In this document: in pieces, positions 1-10,268 of the stretch
Position numbering within the stretch: position 1 is the first letter of the stretch
Layout: the number at the start of each line of letters is the position of its first letter
From: a virus
Direction: 5' to 3' (one strand)
Length of the DNA stretch: 64,000 bases
IMG/VR virus record: IMGVR_UViG_3300034092_002634
Span: 1 to 64,000 of that record
Translations under genes and position numbers: made by a program
Notes under the pieces: model-generated
The model's database searches: none
Seen by the model: the letters and a program-made list of their open reading frames with translations, nothing else
What the model was told of the DNA's origin: nothing

Positions 1-15
1 CGAGACAAGAGAGAA

Positions 16-891
16 CTAGTCGTCAAATAATGTGTCAGCAGCCGGCACAGCGGGAGTGCGTTCAGGTGTTGCGTTCATCTGCTTAGCAACAACCTGTGCA
101 ACTGTTTGTTCAGAGCGCTCAATTAGTCGCGGCATTGCCGAGATTTCATAAGCTTTCAAAACCTCGCTGTAATCCATACCCTTGAGCAAGTCCTTGATAG
201 CATCGGTTGGAAACGCCTTTGCAAACATGTCAATATCGTACAGAGGTAGTTTCAAAATCTCTGCAGGAATTGGATCACGATTGGCTCCGACGTACACAGC
301 CCGATTCGTATTAAGGCCCTTACCTCGTGTAACCAGCTCAATGTCTACCTTAGTAATAGGAACTAATTCGTTTGTGTCCTCGTCAAATACTGATTTGCTC
401 AGCTCTTCGATTTCATTCAACAAACCGTTCCGCCCCTGTCCCGAAGAAACACTTCCCTCAAGAACCATGATCTGCATGTTGCGGGCTGGTTTTCGGTCCG
501 TTACCGGAACAAGTTCACCGCTCTGAGAAACCATGAATTGATTTTGATTGTTTCCGTAAATCATCGAACCATCGTCAAGTTTTACAACCATGCTCTTGTC
601 GAGCACATTCATAAAGAAACGACGTCGAATCGCCTCGTTGTATTGCTTCGGGAGTACTGAGCGTGCCGAGTAATCGACGAAGATACGACGCATAACATCG
701 GCTTCACCCTTCTTCACGGTCATCCAAACAGAAAGAACTGTTTGACCCAACAGCGGTTCGTTAGGCTGAGCTGGATCTGGCAAAAACCGAACCACTCGCT
801 TACCTTCCCGAACGTCGATGAAAGGATTTTTCCCGTTACCCGAACTTCCATTTGCCTGCTGCTGCCCGCCAATCATTTTACCGAATGCCAT
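16..891 (-). CDS. Phage single-stranded DNA-binding protein (gp32-like)
   Basis: 291 aa; N-terminal 'KRVVRFLP' motif typical of gp32-like SSBs; acidic C-terminal tail (DTLFDD); has its own upstream promoter. Confidence 0.55.
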   Translation of the reverse strand: MAFGKMIGGQQQANGSSGNGKNPFIDVREGKRVVRFLPDPAQPNEPLLGQTVLSVWMTVKKGEADVMRRIFVDYSARSVLPKQYNEAIRRRFFMNVLDKSMVVKLDDGSMIYGNNQNQFMVSQSGELVPVTDRKPARNMQIMVLEGSVSSGQGRNGLLNEIEELSKSVFDEDTNELVPITKVDIELVTRGKGLNTNRAVYVGANRDPIPAEILKLPLYDIDMFAKAFPTDAIKDLLKGMDYSEVLKAYEISAMPRLIERSEQTVAQVVAKQMNATPERTPAVPAADTLFDD

Positions 892-971
892 CTTTCTTCT
901 CCTGCATTGTGGCGATTTCTCTCGCCATTGAATTTAGTTCATCAAGCACTGCTTTCCGAACTTCGTTGTTA

Positions 972-1000
972 ACAATACCATAGGTTTCCAGCCGTGTCAA
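972..1000 (-). promoter_or_regulatory. Sigma70-type promoter for the SSB gene
   Basis: Minus strand TTGACA (1000-995), 17 nt spacer, TATTGT (977-972) with TGn extension. Confidence 0.7.
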
Positions 1001-1037
1001 CAGTCGCTTTGCGTACTTCTTCGCCATCTGCTCTAAT

Positions 1038-2255
1038 TTATTTGAGAACTCCATTTATAATCTCCATGAATTGATTCGCAATCACAGGCCACTTGAATTT
1101 TTCTTTGTTCATATGTTTGTGACCTGCGTCTCCCAAGTTTTTACGGTATTCGTGATCAGTGTACAACTTGTGCAGAGACTCAATAGCACTTTCCATATCC
1201 GTAACGTGATGGATTGTATTTAGTCCCCGGTCAGTTAACTGCGGGAAAGGATACACATCCATGTAGTGTGCGTTGCCTTCTGGCCATTCAGCCAGAGCTG
1301 AGTGCTTAGGCAAGATAGTGGGTAGTCCAGTAGCCATTGCCTCAGAAGCAGGCAGACACCAACCCTCTGCAGCAGTCGTTGTAAAGAACACATCGGCGTT
1401 GTTGTAGATCATGTTAATCTGCTCGGAGGTCAATCCATTGTCTGGACGGATATCCGGAGACGAGATTGCGAGACGATCGACAATTCCCAAATACTCACAC
1501 CACTGCACAATGTCAATGCCGAAGTCTTGCAGCGCACCGTGGTAATAGATCTTCACGCTTGGTGGAAGATTGTAGCGCTTTACCCATTCAGCGAAGTAGA
1601 AAAATGTCAAGTCAAGTCGTTTTCTCGGTTGATTGCGTTGCAGACAGAGAACAATAAAGTCGTCTACGGCCATGTTTAACTGCTTTCTAAATGCAGTCCG
1701 TGTGTTTGATATTGGTTTAAACATCGCGTGATCAACGCCGTGTGGAATTACATGCAAGTTGTTCAGTTCAATAGGACTACCGTCGTTGTCGCGAACTGCT
1801 TCCAGCTGCGTCCGACCGAACTCCGTGTAGGTAATTACTGCGTCGTAAGCACTCAGTCCCTTGACGAACTCACGTTTTACATTCTCTGCGTCTACTGGAG
1901 TATACACAATGAACTTAGCCTTATACTGCGGGTTTTCTCCACAAAATTTAGTAAAGATTTCTGCGTACTCCATTGCAATCCAGGGATCATTAAGAACAAA
2001 CACGACATCCGGTTTAACCTTAACCAGCATCTCAGGAAGTCGAGACTTGCCCCAAATGTCACCGGTTCCGCCCGAAGCTGGGTATACTTTCAAACCTTCT
2101 AAGTTAGGGTGATAGTCACCGTGGAAGTTTACACCTAGTACGTGTACGTCGTAGTGCTGCTTGAATGTCTTAAGCAGATTGGCCGAAACAATACCGAATC
2201 CCGTAGGCACTGGAAAATCCCCGATGAACAACATCTTTGGTAAACTTTTACCCAT
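1038..2255 (-). CDS. Glycosyltransferase family 4 (GT-B fold)
   Basis: Motifs PTGFG, IPHGVD, RNQPRKRLD and ADVFFTTTAAEGWCLPASEAMATGLP (E-x7-E). Confidence 0.9.
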   Translation of the reverse strand: MGKSLPKMLFIGDFPVPTGFGIVSANLLKTFKQHYDVHVLGVNFHGDYHPNLEGLKVYPASGGTGDIWGKSRLPEMLVKVKPDVVFVLNDPWIAMEYAEIFTKFCGENPQYKAKFIVYTPVDAENVKREFVKGLSAYDAVITYTEFGRTQLEAVRDNDGSPIELNNLHVIPHGVDHAMFKPISNTRTAFRKQLNMAVDDFIVLCLQRNQPRKRLDLTFFYFAEWVKRYNLPPSVKIYYHGALQDFGIDIVQWCEYLGIVDRLAISSPDIRPDNGLTSEQINMIYNNADVFFTTTAAEGWCLPASEAMATGLPTILPKHSALAEWPEGNAHYMDVYPFPQLTDRGLNTIHHVTDMESAIESLHKLYTDHEYRKNLGDAGHKHMNKEKFKWPVIANQFMEIINGVLK

Positions 2256-2263
2256 ACATCCTC

Positions 2264-2848
2264 CTAGTACACTTTGGTACCAATCACAATATTCAGCGGC
2301 TGTCTTGTCGCTCTTGGTTGAGCTATTCTCGTCTTAAACAGGGTGTTTAACTCTGTCATAAGCGTGTCTAGAACTACCTTCATCGACTTACTTGACTCTG
2401 AATTTGTGTACTTAATATCTTCAGTCGACCACGAAACAAACGTGGACGAGCTCGAAGTCAATTTACCGAGATGAACTAGATATGCGGCTGCTAAGACAAT
2501 CGCATCTTCATCGTTTTGCTCTATAACCGGGGGCTCGGGTTGCTGAAACTCTAAGAAAGGATTACGAAACACATCGTTAATCTCAAATCCAGCATTGATA
2601 AACGAATACCCGTTAGTGGTACTTACCCACATATAACCCTGCTCGAGTAACCCACTTGGTTGAGGTGCGGACAACATACCCGAATTAAGAATCTGATACT
2701 TAGATCTCCAACGCTTTTGTAGAAACTTAACAGCGTTTACTAAGGCCGTTCGCACAAGTGCGTTTGAATAAGAAGTACCATCAAAGTCACCTAAACGCAT
2801 ACGAACTGGCTCAATTAAATAATCCATGTTATTTATAGCGGTTATCAT
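2264..2848 (-). CDS. Putative head-tail adaptor/connector
   Basis: N-terminal 'LIEPVRMRLGD...YSNALV' resembles head-tail adaptor N-termini; helical; lies within the structural operon. Confidence 0.4.
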   Translation of the reverse strand: MITAINNMDYLIEPVRMRLGDFDGTSYSNALVRTALVNAVKFLQKRWRSKYQILNSGMLSAPQPSGLLEQGYMWVSTTNGYSFINAGFEINDVFRNPFLEFQQPEPPVIEQNDEDAIVLAAAYLVHLGKLTSSSSTFVSWSTEDIKYTNSESSKSMKVVLDTLMTELNTLFKTRIAQPRATRQPLNIVIGTKVY

Positions 2849-2879
2849 CTATATCTCCAATATTATATTTTTATTTTTT

Positions 2880-3206
2880 CTATCTGTCAAGCGGCGGTTG
2901 CGGCCATGCAACGTTGCCCCACCCTGCGGTAGCAACCAGAGCTGGCAGATCTCTGAGAGCCTGTCGATACTCTCGCCATTCAAGTAATTTGTCAGCGGTT
3001 AATCCCGTATCCGGTAGCTGTGTCCAGTCGCTCTCGTATAAAAACATGTTGCGTCGTGCACGGAGTTCTCGCAGGGCCTGCACAAACGTGAAAGGTTTCT
3101 CTTGAACAACGCTACCCTCGGGCAGAGGGGCAGAGTATGGCGTACCATACTCATCCCAATAACCAAACGTAATTGTCTCTGGGTCATAAATTTTAAAAAT
3201 AATCAT
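2880..3206 (-). CDS. Tail fibre assembly chaperone
   Basis: 'LRARRNMFLYESDWTQLPD...EWREYRQALRDLP...WPQPP' is the typical signature; follows the fibre gene. Confidence 0.85.
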   Translation of the reverse strand: MIIFKIYDPETITFGYWDEYGTPYSAPLPEGSVVQEKPFTFVQALRELRARRNMFLYESDWTQLPDTGLTADKLLEWREYRQALRDLPALVATAGWGNVAWPQPPLDR

Positions 3207-5320
3207 TATACACCTATAGCCTGGAATATATTCATAATTGGGGATGGTGCTGCGAAGGCTTCATTACTGACATTCAAAGTTGTGTTTGATGATGGTGTAA
3301 GGGTGACTTTGTAGGTTGAGTTGGCTGAAGCCCAAAATCCAATGTTGAAGTTAAAAATGTAGCCCCCACCAGTACTTAAACCAGCCCCGTGTAAAGTACT
3401 TACGTAGTTAACAGTCCCTCGTGTCAAACTCATACGAAGACTTGTTAAGTTAGCCACTGTTGCAAAAGTTGCTGAAAACATATAATAACCAGCATTGTCT
3501 ATAGTAATGGTGTCGGTAGAGACTGATATATTATTAGAGCGAACTATACCACCCGATGTATCCCACACAATAGTTGTACCAGCAGTCGTGATGGCTAGCG
3601 TAGCAGTTCTTCTAACTGTGATATAACCCATGTTTTTAGTCGTTAATTTACCATCGCTGTTTACTTTAAATACATAATCAGAGCCTACCCAGGACGAATT
3701 AAACGCTGTGTAAGCGGTTACCTCGTTTAGGGCAAGCATGTCATAAGTTTCTATGTTTCCAACAGTGGTTATATTACCAGTGCTGTTGGATATAGTTACT
3801 GTATCTTGGGTAGCGTTGTTCAGTAGAATCTGGTCAGCACTTACCTCAAATCTTTTGTTAACATCACCATCCCACCCGTATATACCACCAGGCTTATATG
3901 TGGAACTGCCCCCTGGATTTCGTCTCATATTTATAGAGCCGTTGTAGACGTTCAATTCAGCGGGTGTGCTTGTAGCGGTAGTATCTGGAAAATTAAAGTT
4001 TATTATTCCACTAGCGGCTCTTTGCTCAATTTCAAGTGCATTTGTGGAGTCTAGTTGAATAACTGACTGCGGATTAACTGAGGAAAATGCGCCGTTGTAC
4101 ATAGCCATACCGACAATATTACCAGCAGCACCGCTCCCTTGAATACGTAGTGCATCACTTATTCCTAACAAACTACTGGTATTTCCTATAGTTAATCCAG
4201 TGCTATCTAATTTTACTTTGTCAGCTGTTAATCCAGAATTGTCTAAGATAACTGCGCCAGCACCAGCAAGAAGTCTACCATCACTTCCAATGTCTACCTG
4301 AACTACACCGCTACTAGCATAAGTTGTTAAGCGACTAATACCGCTTGTTGTATAAATTTTTAACCCTGTTTCTGGAGCCAAAGCAGTACCTGCTCCCGCC
4401 CATATAGTTCCATTTGTGCCTATGCTAATACCACTGTTTACTATCAGAGTACCCATATTAGCTGCTACTGCATCTAGCTGAGTTACCGTTAGTTTGCTTG
4501 CGTCAATGGTTCCCGCTAGAATCTTATCTCCGGTGATTGTACTACCTTGCAAAAGAACACCGCTGATTGTACCGGCGAGTACCTTGTTGCCCGTCACCGT
4601 ACCATCTCGAATAAGTACACCGGAAATAGTGCCATCAATAATCTTTGATCCGTCTATAGACTTCGCACCGATTAGTTCAGGACCAACCACAATACTATCG
4701 GCCACCTGCAGCGCTATGGTGTCAATCAGCGTAGCACTGACGTGGTACGCTCGAATTGCGTTAACGTCAATATCGTAACCGCCCACCGATTTGCGTGGGA
4801 GCATCTGACTGAAGATGTATGGGGATGATCCGGAGTGCGTTACAGTAAGTGCTGTACTGACCACAGGGTTAGGAAACACCACTTTATAAGTTCCCGGAGA
4901 AGGTAAGTTAATCCAGTAGTTTTCTGGATTATTTGGAGTATCTTCAACGTACGATGCAAGTATTAAATCAGTACCGCTTTCGCCTGAGAGAGTGTACGGG
5001 GCGGATATAAAAGCAGGATTGGGATCTGCAAAATACTCGGACGCTTGGATAAAAAGGTTGACTGATCCGCTGAGTAGAGTAAACGTCACACCACCGAAAC
5101 GATCGCGTTGCTGTATCTCTATTGCAGTTTTATTTAAACCTGAGGGATAATACATGTAAATAGAATTATCATCTGAATACAAGTCTCTGGGTGTTAATGA
5201 TCCCGTCATTGTTGGCCACGATATACCCAGCGGTAACTGCGTTTGATAGCGTCGAACGTTGTCTGCGTATTCAAATGGATTGCCTGTGTTAGATATTTCT
5301 TGAAAAAAATCGTCTGTCAT
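3206..5320 (-). CDS. Tail fibre / receptor-binding protein
   Basis: Repeats of the IxGxKIxxGTI type; Gly/Thr/Ser-rich beta structure; C1q-like C-terminal domain; adjacent to the fibre chaperone. Confidence 0.8.
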   Translation of the reverse strand: MTDDFFQEISNTGNPFEYADNVRRYQTQLPLGISWPTMTGSLTPRDLYSDDNSIYMYYPSGLNKTAIEIQQRDRFGGVTFTLLSGSVNLFIQASEYFADPNPAFISAPYTLSGESGTDLILASYVEDTPNNPENYWINLPSPGTYKVVFPNPVVSTALTVTHSGSSPYIFSQMLPRKSVGGYDIDVNAIRAYHVSATLIDTIALQVADSIVVGPELIGAKSIDGSKIIDGTISGVLIRDGTVTGNKVLAGTISGVLLQGSTITGDKILAGTIDASKLTVTQLDAVAANMGTLIVNSGISIGTNGTIWAGAGTALAPETGLKIYTTSGISRLTTYASSGVVQVDIGSDGRLLAGAGAVILDNSGLTADKVKLDSTGLTIGNTSSLLGISDALRIQGSGAAGNIVGMAMYNGAFSSVNPQSVIQLDSTNALEIEQRAASGIINFNFPDTTATSTPAELNVYNGSINMRRNPGGSSTYKPGGIYGWDGDVNKRFEVSADQILLNNATQDTVTISNSTGNITTVGNIETYDMLALNEVTAYTAFNSSWVGSDYVFKVNSDGKLTTKNMGYITVRRTATLAITTAGTTIVWDTSGGIVRSNNISVSTDTITIDNAGYYMFSATFATVANLTSLRMSLTRGTVNYVSTLHGAGLSTGGGYIFNFNIGFWASANSTYKVTLTPSSNTTLNVSNEAFAAPSPIMNIFQAIGV

Positions 5321-7728
5321 TATTTCACCTGATGCCTTATAACAAAGATAACTGATGTTTTTTGTTTACGCGTACCTTCAACTACTTCCGTTAAATTTGT
5401 AAATATGTTAGATTCTGTGTCGGGTACTTCATTTAAATTCATTATGTAGTAAAGAGAGTAAACTCCAGAGGAAAGCATAGTCTTTTTACCAATAATTTTT
5501 TTTATCATGTTTATTACATGTATCGGCGTAACCGTTACAGTAATTACGTTACCTTTAACATCGAGCGGATCGATAGCATTATGCATCTGATTGCTGTTAA
5601 CATTCACTCCGTCGCGTTCTTCAGTTATAGGAACTGCTAACGCCGGGTAAAATACAATAGGCCCGGCCACACCTCTTGTAACCGACTGGCTCGAGGCCAT
5701 AGCAACACCCTCAAGACAAAAGAAAGGTCGGCTGGGTTTGTTACGCCCCGTTTCTGAGCTGCTTAGCGCTATGTACGTTTGAGGTGAATACGAAAGCAAT
5801 GTGATTTTGTCTTTCTCCGTGCCTTTTAAGTTTGCAACAGTCACCACTTTACAAGATCTATTCGTCAATAAAAAAGCGCCGTTTGTAGCGTGTTTTATTA
5901 AGTTTATGTTGTCCTGCTCTGACTGAGTTATTCCCTTTACATCAGTTCTTGAGTAGCTTACACGGTAGTTTGCTCTCCAATTTGGTAAGTTTGTATACAG
6001 GGGATTATCGGCGTTATTCTCGTAGATGTCTGTAAAAGGCCTGCGGTAGCTACCCTCAGCCACTACTTGTTGAAGTACGTCGGATATGGAAAGACGAACA
6101 AATCGCGCTTTGATTAAATTATACAGGGCTTTTTTATCCAGGGTATCTGGCCAAGTGAGTGTTAGCCTGTATCTATAACTCGCGGCCGTCGCGCTGGTTG
6201 CAGGTATTGTACTCACCAAGTCAATAGATACTCTACATTGACCTAACAAATTGTTGTGATACAGGACATTGTCGTCCGACAATCTTTGAAAAACAGACAA
6301 AACTTTTCTTTCTTTGAGATGAACAGCGTTCACTCTGTAAACAGTAGTGTTTGTGCGAGAATGTTTACTAGATTTAATGTCGCGGTCCGCAGGCGCGGAT
6401 CCCCAAAAGTCACCGGCAATGCATGTTCTGTCTAGTGCAATGTCGGCAATTGGCGGAGAAATGTCTATTAAAGGTATGTTTACAGAACGCTTCTGTAGAA
6501 ATTCCAGTATAAACTTAAATCTTTCTTTAGCACTTTCTATATTTGATAATTTGCTAGTAAAAACGATATTCACAGTCATTGGATTCGCTTCGGCAGCGTT
6601 AATACGCTTCACTGAGTTTCCCACTTGCACTGAATTAATTGTTAAGTTGTTTGCAAGCTTAAAAGGGCTAGCCGTGAAAGTGTCAAAAAGGTCGTTACTT
6701 AATTCTGGTTTGTTGTCTGCGCTTACATACAGATCGTAAGTAAATTTCAAGTTTGGATATCTTACAGAAAAACCGCTGTGTTGTTGCACTATGTATGAAA
6801 ACGCGGAGAAGTCTGACAAATAACTAGCGTTATCTTGATCTTTAATTTCTCTTGTGGTGGTTTCCGCTTGTGACGAATTGGCTTCTCCTACAATTTCAGA
6901 TTTTACACGTATTCTTCCTGGTTGATTAGTTGAATACGTAAACTTAAACAAGTTAAAAGCAGTGCTGCTGTAGGACGGGTTGAATACAACTTTACTACTG
7001 GTTAGCTCAATCTTTTTGCGATACTGAGGCAGTATGCTGTTTAATGATAGCTCAATACCTACGTACCCACTTGCAATCTTTTCATCTATGTTGTAGTAGC
7101 GAAGTGTTGCGGGTATTTCCCAACGATACGCGCTATCTAAAAACTTCTCTCTAAATTCAACATCATCCATTTCGTATTCTGATTCTTCCGTATCTTGACC
7201 TGAAGCATCTGTGTAGTATCGCTTAGCTAGGGCGGCACGCTCTCCAAAAACATAATTAAAAATGCCTACAATTGCTCGTTTTGGAAACGTCACTGAGTAG
7301 TTAACGATGGGCGGTAACTTCTGTGCTTGAATTTCCGAGTTGTGTACGAGGTCAAGATTAAGGGTGCTGCCTCGTTTGAAGATATTGATTACTTTTGTAT
7401 TTTCTTCATCCGCCGGGTCTGTGCTTTGCAGAAAGTCAATTAGCAGTTCCATCTTCTCAACCATTTCAATTTCAGGATTGTAGCCGAACAGTTTAATGTC
7501 TGCTATCCAAACATTGACAAGACCCTTGTCCTCACCAACTGTAAACTGATCAAGTGCGATTGTGTTGGATATTGCTCTAAAATTAACTGTAGAGTTCCGT
7601 TGATTATCCGGATAATCCGTTAGATTAGATGCATACATGCTGTCTTTCAGGTAGTCATTAATGTCCGGATATTTTAATTCTTTTAAATAATCTAGGTCAA
7701 TACGCGTCATCGGTCTGTTTTTATTCAT
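5320..7728 (-). CDS. Putative tail/baseplate protein
   Basis: 802-aa ORF translationally coupled within the tail operon; no motif recognised. Confidence 0.5.
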   Translation of the reverse strand: MNKNRPMTRIDLDYLKELKYPDINDYLKDSMYASNLTDYPDNQRNSTVNFRAISNTIALDQFTVGEDKGLVNVWIADIKLFGYNPEIEMVEKMELLIDFLQSTDPADEENTKVINIFKRGSTLNLDLVHNSEIQAQKLPPIVNYSVTFPKRAIVGIFNYVFGERAALAKRYYTDASGQDTEESEYEMDDVEFREKFLDSAYRWEIPATLRYYNIDEKIASGYVGIELSLNSILPQYRKKIELTSSKVVFNPSYSSTAFNLFKFTYSTNQPGRIRVKSEIVGEANSSQAETTTREIKDQDNASYLSDFSAFSYIVQQHSGFSVRYPNLKFTYDLYVSADNKPELSNDLFDTFTASPFKLANNLTINSVQVGNSVKRINAAEANPMTVNIVFTSKLSNIESAKERFKFILEFLQKRSVNIPLIDISPPIADIALDRTCIAGDFWGSAPADRDIKSSKHSRTNTTVYRVNAVHLKERKVLSVFQRLSDDNVLYHNNLLGQCRVSIDLVSTIPATSATAASYRYRLTLTWPDTLDKKALYNLIKARFVRLSISDVLQQVVAEGSYRRPFTDIYENNADNPLYTNLPNWRANYRVSYSRTDVKGITQSEQDNINLIKHATNGAFLLTNRSCKVVTVANLKGTEKDKITLLSYSPQTYIALSSSETGRNKPSRPFFCLEGVAMASSQSVTRGVAGPIVFYPALAVPITEERDGVNVNSNQMHNAIDPLDVKGNVITVTVTPIHVINMIKKIIGKKTMLSSGVYSLYYIMNLNEVPDTESNIFTNLTEVVEGTRKQKTSVIFVIRHQVK

Positions 7729-10259
7729 TATGGTATACCCATAGACTCTGCTGCATAGTAGACGTCTCCTTGAATGTAGTAGCGCTCTCCGTACGTAAGC
7801 CCAGCGAGAGTGTCAAATCCAATAATCACCGTTTCAATGTCGCTCCCTGTCAAACTCTGTGAACTTGAGTATTCGAGCTCAAGTGGCTTTGGAAACAATA
7901 TGCTATCCGGGTTATCTCGATAGATTCGATTAAAGCCTCCCCAGCCAACTGTAATACTGCGTCCGCGAACAATAAGATAGTCCGCTTGTCGTATGTTACT
8001 AAAGTATATTGTGCTGAATTCCGCTTGGTAGAACAACTGGTCAGTGCTTGGGTCCTCTCCGTGCACTAAGACTTCGTGATGTCTTAACGAGCTTTTTGGC
8101 TTAGTCCAAAAAAGCGGTATATATTTATAGGTCGGATCTTGTGTGATGTATGTATAAACAGCGTTTTGACGGTTGTTCACAGCTTTTAAGTAACCCAACA
8201 CACCCGAGTATGGAACCAGGTCAAATGATTTAAAGCGCATCTCTGGTGCTGGTGGATCAATGGTAGTTTTGCGAGTAACCTCAGCTAAACGAAAAGTTGC
8301 TATGTAGCTGGCTTTATTAAACGCACGTGTATCAAAGGATTCAAGAATCAAACCGCTTGCTCCGCCGTAGTAGCCGATTGCGTTACTGTACGAAGGTGAG
8401 CTCTCTTTTAGAGTTATTGCGAAATCTGTGTAATCATCGCTGGCAGTGTAATAGTAGTTAGCGTGCCCATCAATGCCGGTGTAATCTCTGTAGATTTCTG
8501 GATAGTATTTTGAAGAGTTAGCAGTATGCTGCTGAAGAGAAAAGTTAAAGTTGTCCACGTAAATAGAAGCATCTCTAAACTCACCACTAACCGCGCGAGG
8601 TCCTAAAAACATATTTTCTTCAAGGCCCACAGGGCTACCTGTTTTTGCGTTGTAATAAGGAACTTTACCTGTAACAAAACTGGGCAGGATAAAGTAGAAC
8701 CCGTGCCATGACGACTGGCCCGCAGGTTGAGTGCCCGCCATATAAAGAAACTCTCTTGGATTTGGGTAACCGTTGGGCGTCGATAAGCCTGTCGGAAGTA
8801 TCGAAGTTGCCACGTCATTTGCAGTGTCTACCGAAAAATTACCCATAAAATTTGTCAGTCCTACGCGAGCCAGAAAGTTAGCATACTTTCTTCGGTTCTC
8901 TATTGACTGCGTTGTAAAATCTTGGTAGTTCATCCATCCGGCAGGAACAACCATGGGGTATGATGCTTTTGGTTTTCCGTTTACTACGGGGAAATTGTAA
9001 CTAATGATAAACGAGGGTGAGTTTTTTGTAGATTCATAGTACATAACTTTGCGCGTCATGTGCGGTGCAATTGCAGACTTGCTCAGAAGTCCCTGCAGAG
9101 AAAATGCCGTTCTCGTATTGACTGCTACATTATAGGACAAACTTATAGTGTTCTTTAGATTAAAACGTTTTGGTAAGTAATATCTTGCCTGAGATGCACT
9201 TGCGTCCATTACTGTGTAATCCTGAGCGTGTACAAGGCCCCAACTTGCAAGCTTTTGCAGAGCAGTTGCCATAAACCTACCGTAGTAGGGAAAGTGAGAA
9301 GTACCTGCCATTACTTGATCCCAGACTGCTGCTCGCAAGGGGATATCATACTTTGTAAAATAGTCAACAAGCATCCGTTGATTCTCAGCGACATTTACAA
9401 TTTTATCTAAAGTTGTAATCGAGTTTGATTCTAGAGCGCTCCACGAAAAGCTGCTTACATCATGAGCAATATTAGCGTAGACCATGCTAAAGTAAAACCT
9501 ACGCCCTAGTGAAAGCACCGGTTTGTTATCCCGTGTTTTTATCTTAAACTTAACGGAAACAATTTCCCCAGGAACAAACTTAAGATCCGCGATGTCCATG
9601 GTGAATTCATGATATCCCCTCACATTGAACCCATTAGGAGACCAAGTATCTTCGGGCAGCAGTGTCGCGGCAACGGTGTCGTCAAACACGTAAGAATTTA
9701 TTGTATCGTTTAGCGGCTGCTTGTACAGAGATTTTTTAGTAGAGTCGTACACCCAGGTTCTCGTATATTGTTTGTAACGAGCCGTGGCCTCTTTGACAGG
9801 TACGTCAGTATACTTCAGAATAAGCACGAGGCTTGTAGAAGGATTTACCCAGAGTGCGTTGCTCTCAATTTTATTGTAATTGACCTTAACTGCATCCTCT
9901 AAGTCAAGCGGCGTCTTACCCATACCGTCAAGTCGCTCTTTTAACGCGTACGTATTGAAAGCCAACCTCAACGTATGCATGCCCTCACGGTACATAAAGG
10001 AGCCTTCCCAAACATCGATTTCTGAAAGGCTCATAGCGAACGTGAGCCCTTCGAGTGTCTGCTTGTTACCTGGATCACTCTTTTGCTCAGTCAATTTAAA
10101 CACCGGGGGAGCTAATTTCCAGTCGCTTAGGAACAAGCGATCAGGGCCGCTGATAACCTGTTCAAGAATTTCAGCGTTTTGAGCAAGGTTGTTTAAATCC
10201 TGTGCCGAGACTTCCTGTCCCTTGAATAATTTCGGTACCTTACCAAGTGCAAAAATCAT
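7728..10259 (-). CDS. Putative tail/baseplate protein
   Basis: 843 aa; N-terminal 'GQEVSAQDLN' is typical of tail-associated proteins; operon position. Confidence 0.55.
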   Translation of the reverse strand: MIFALGKVPKLFKGQEVSAQDLNNLAQNAEILEQVISGPDRLFLSDWKLAPPVFKLTEQKSDPGNKQTLEGLTFAMSLSEIDVWEGSFMYREGMHTLRLAFNTYALKERLDGMGKTPLDLEDAVKVNYNKIESNALWVNPSTSLVLILKYTDVPVKEATARYKQYTRTWVYDSTKKSLYKQPLNDTINSYVFDDTVAATLLPEDTWSPNGFNVRGYHEFTMDIADLKFVPGEIVSVKFKIKTRDNKPVLSLGRRFYFSMVYANIAHDVSSFSWSALESNSITTLDKIVNVAENQRMLVDYFTKYDIPLRAAVWDQVMAGTSHFPYYGRFMATALQKLASWGLVHAQDYTVMDASASQARYYLPKRFNLKNTISLSYNVAVNTRTAFSLQGLLSKSAIAPHMTRKVMYYESTKNSPSFIISYNFPVVNGKPKASYPMVVPAGWMNYQDFTTQSIENRRKYANFLARVGLTNFMGNFSVDTANDVATSILPTGLSTPNGYPNPREFLYMAGTQPAGQSSWHGFYFILPSFVTGKVPYYNAKTGSPVGLEENMFLGPRAVSGEFRDASIYVDNFNFSLQQHTANSSKYYPEIYRDYTGIDGHANYYYTASDDYTDFAITLKESSPSYSNAIGYYGGASGLILESFDTRAFNKASYIATFRLAEVTRKTTIDPPAPEMRFKSFDLVPYSGVLGYLKAVNNRQNAVYTYITQDPTYKYIPLFWTKPKSSLRHHEVLVHGEDPSTDQLFYQAEFSTIYFSNIRQADYLIVRGRSITVGWGGFNRIYRDNPDSILFPKPLELEYSSSQSLTGSDIETVIIGFDTLAGLTYGERYYIQGDVYYAAESMGIP

Positions 10260-10268
10260 TTATTCCTC

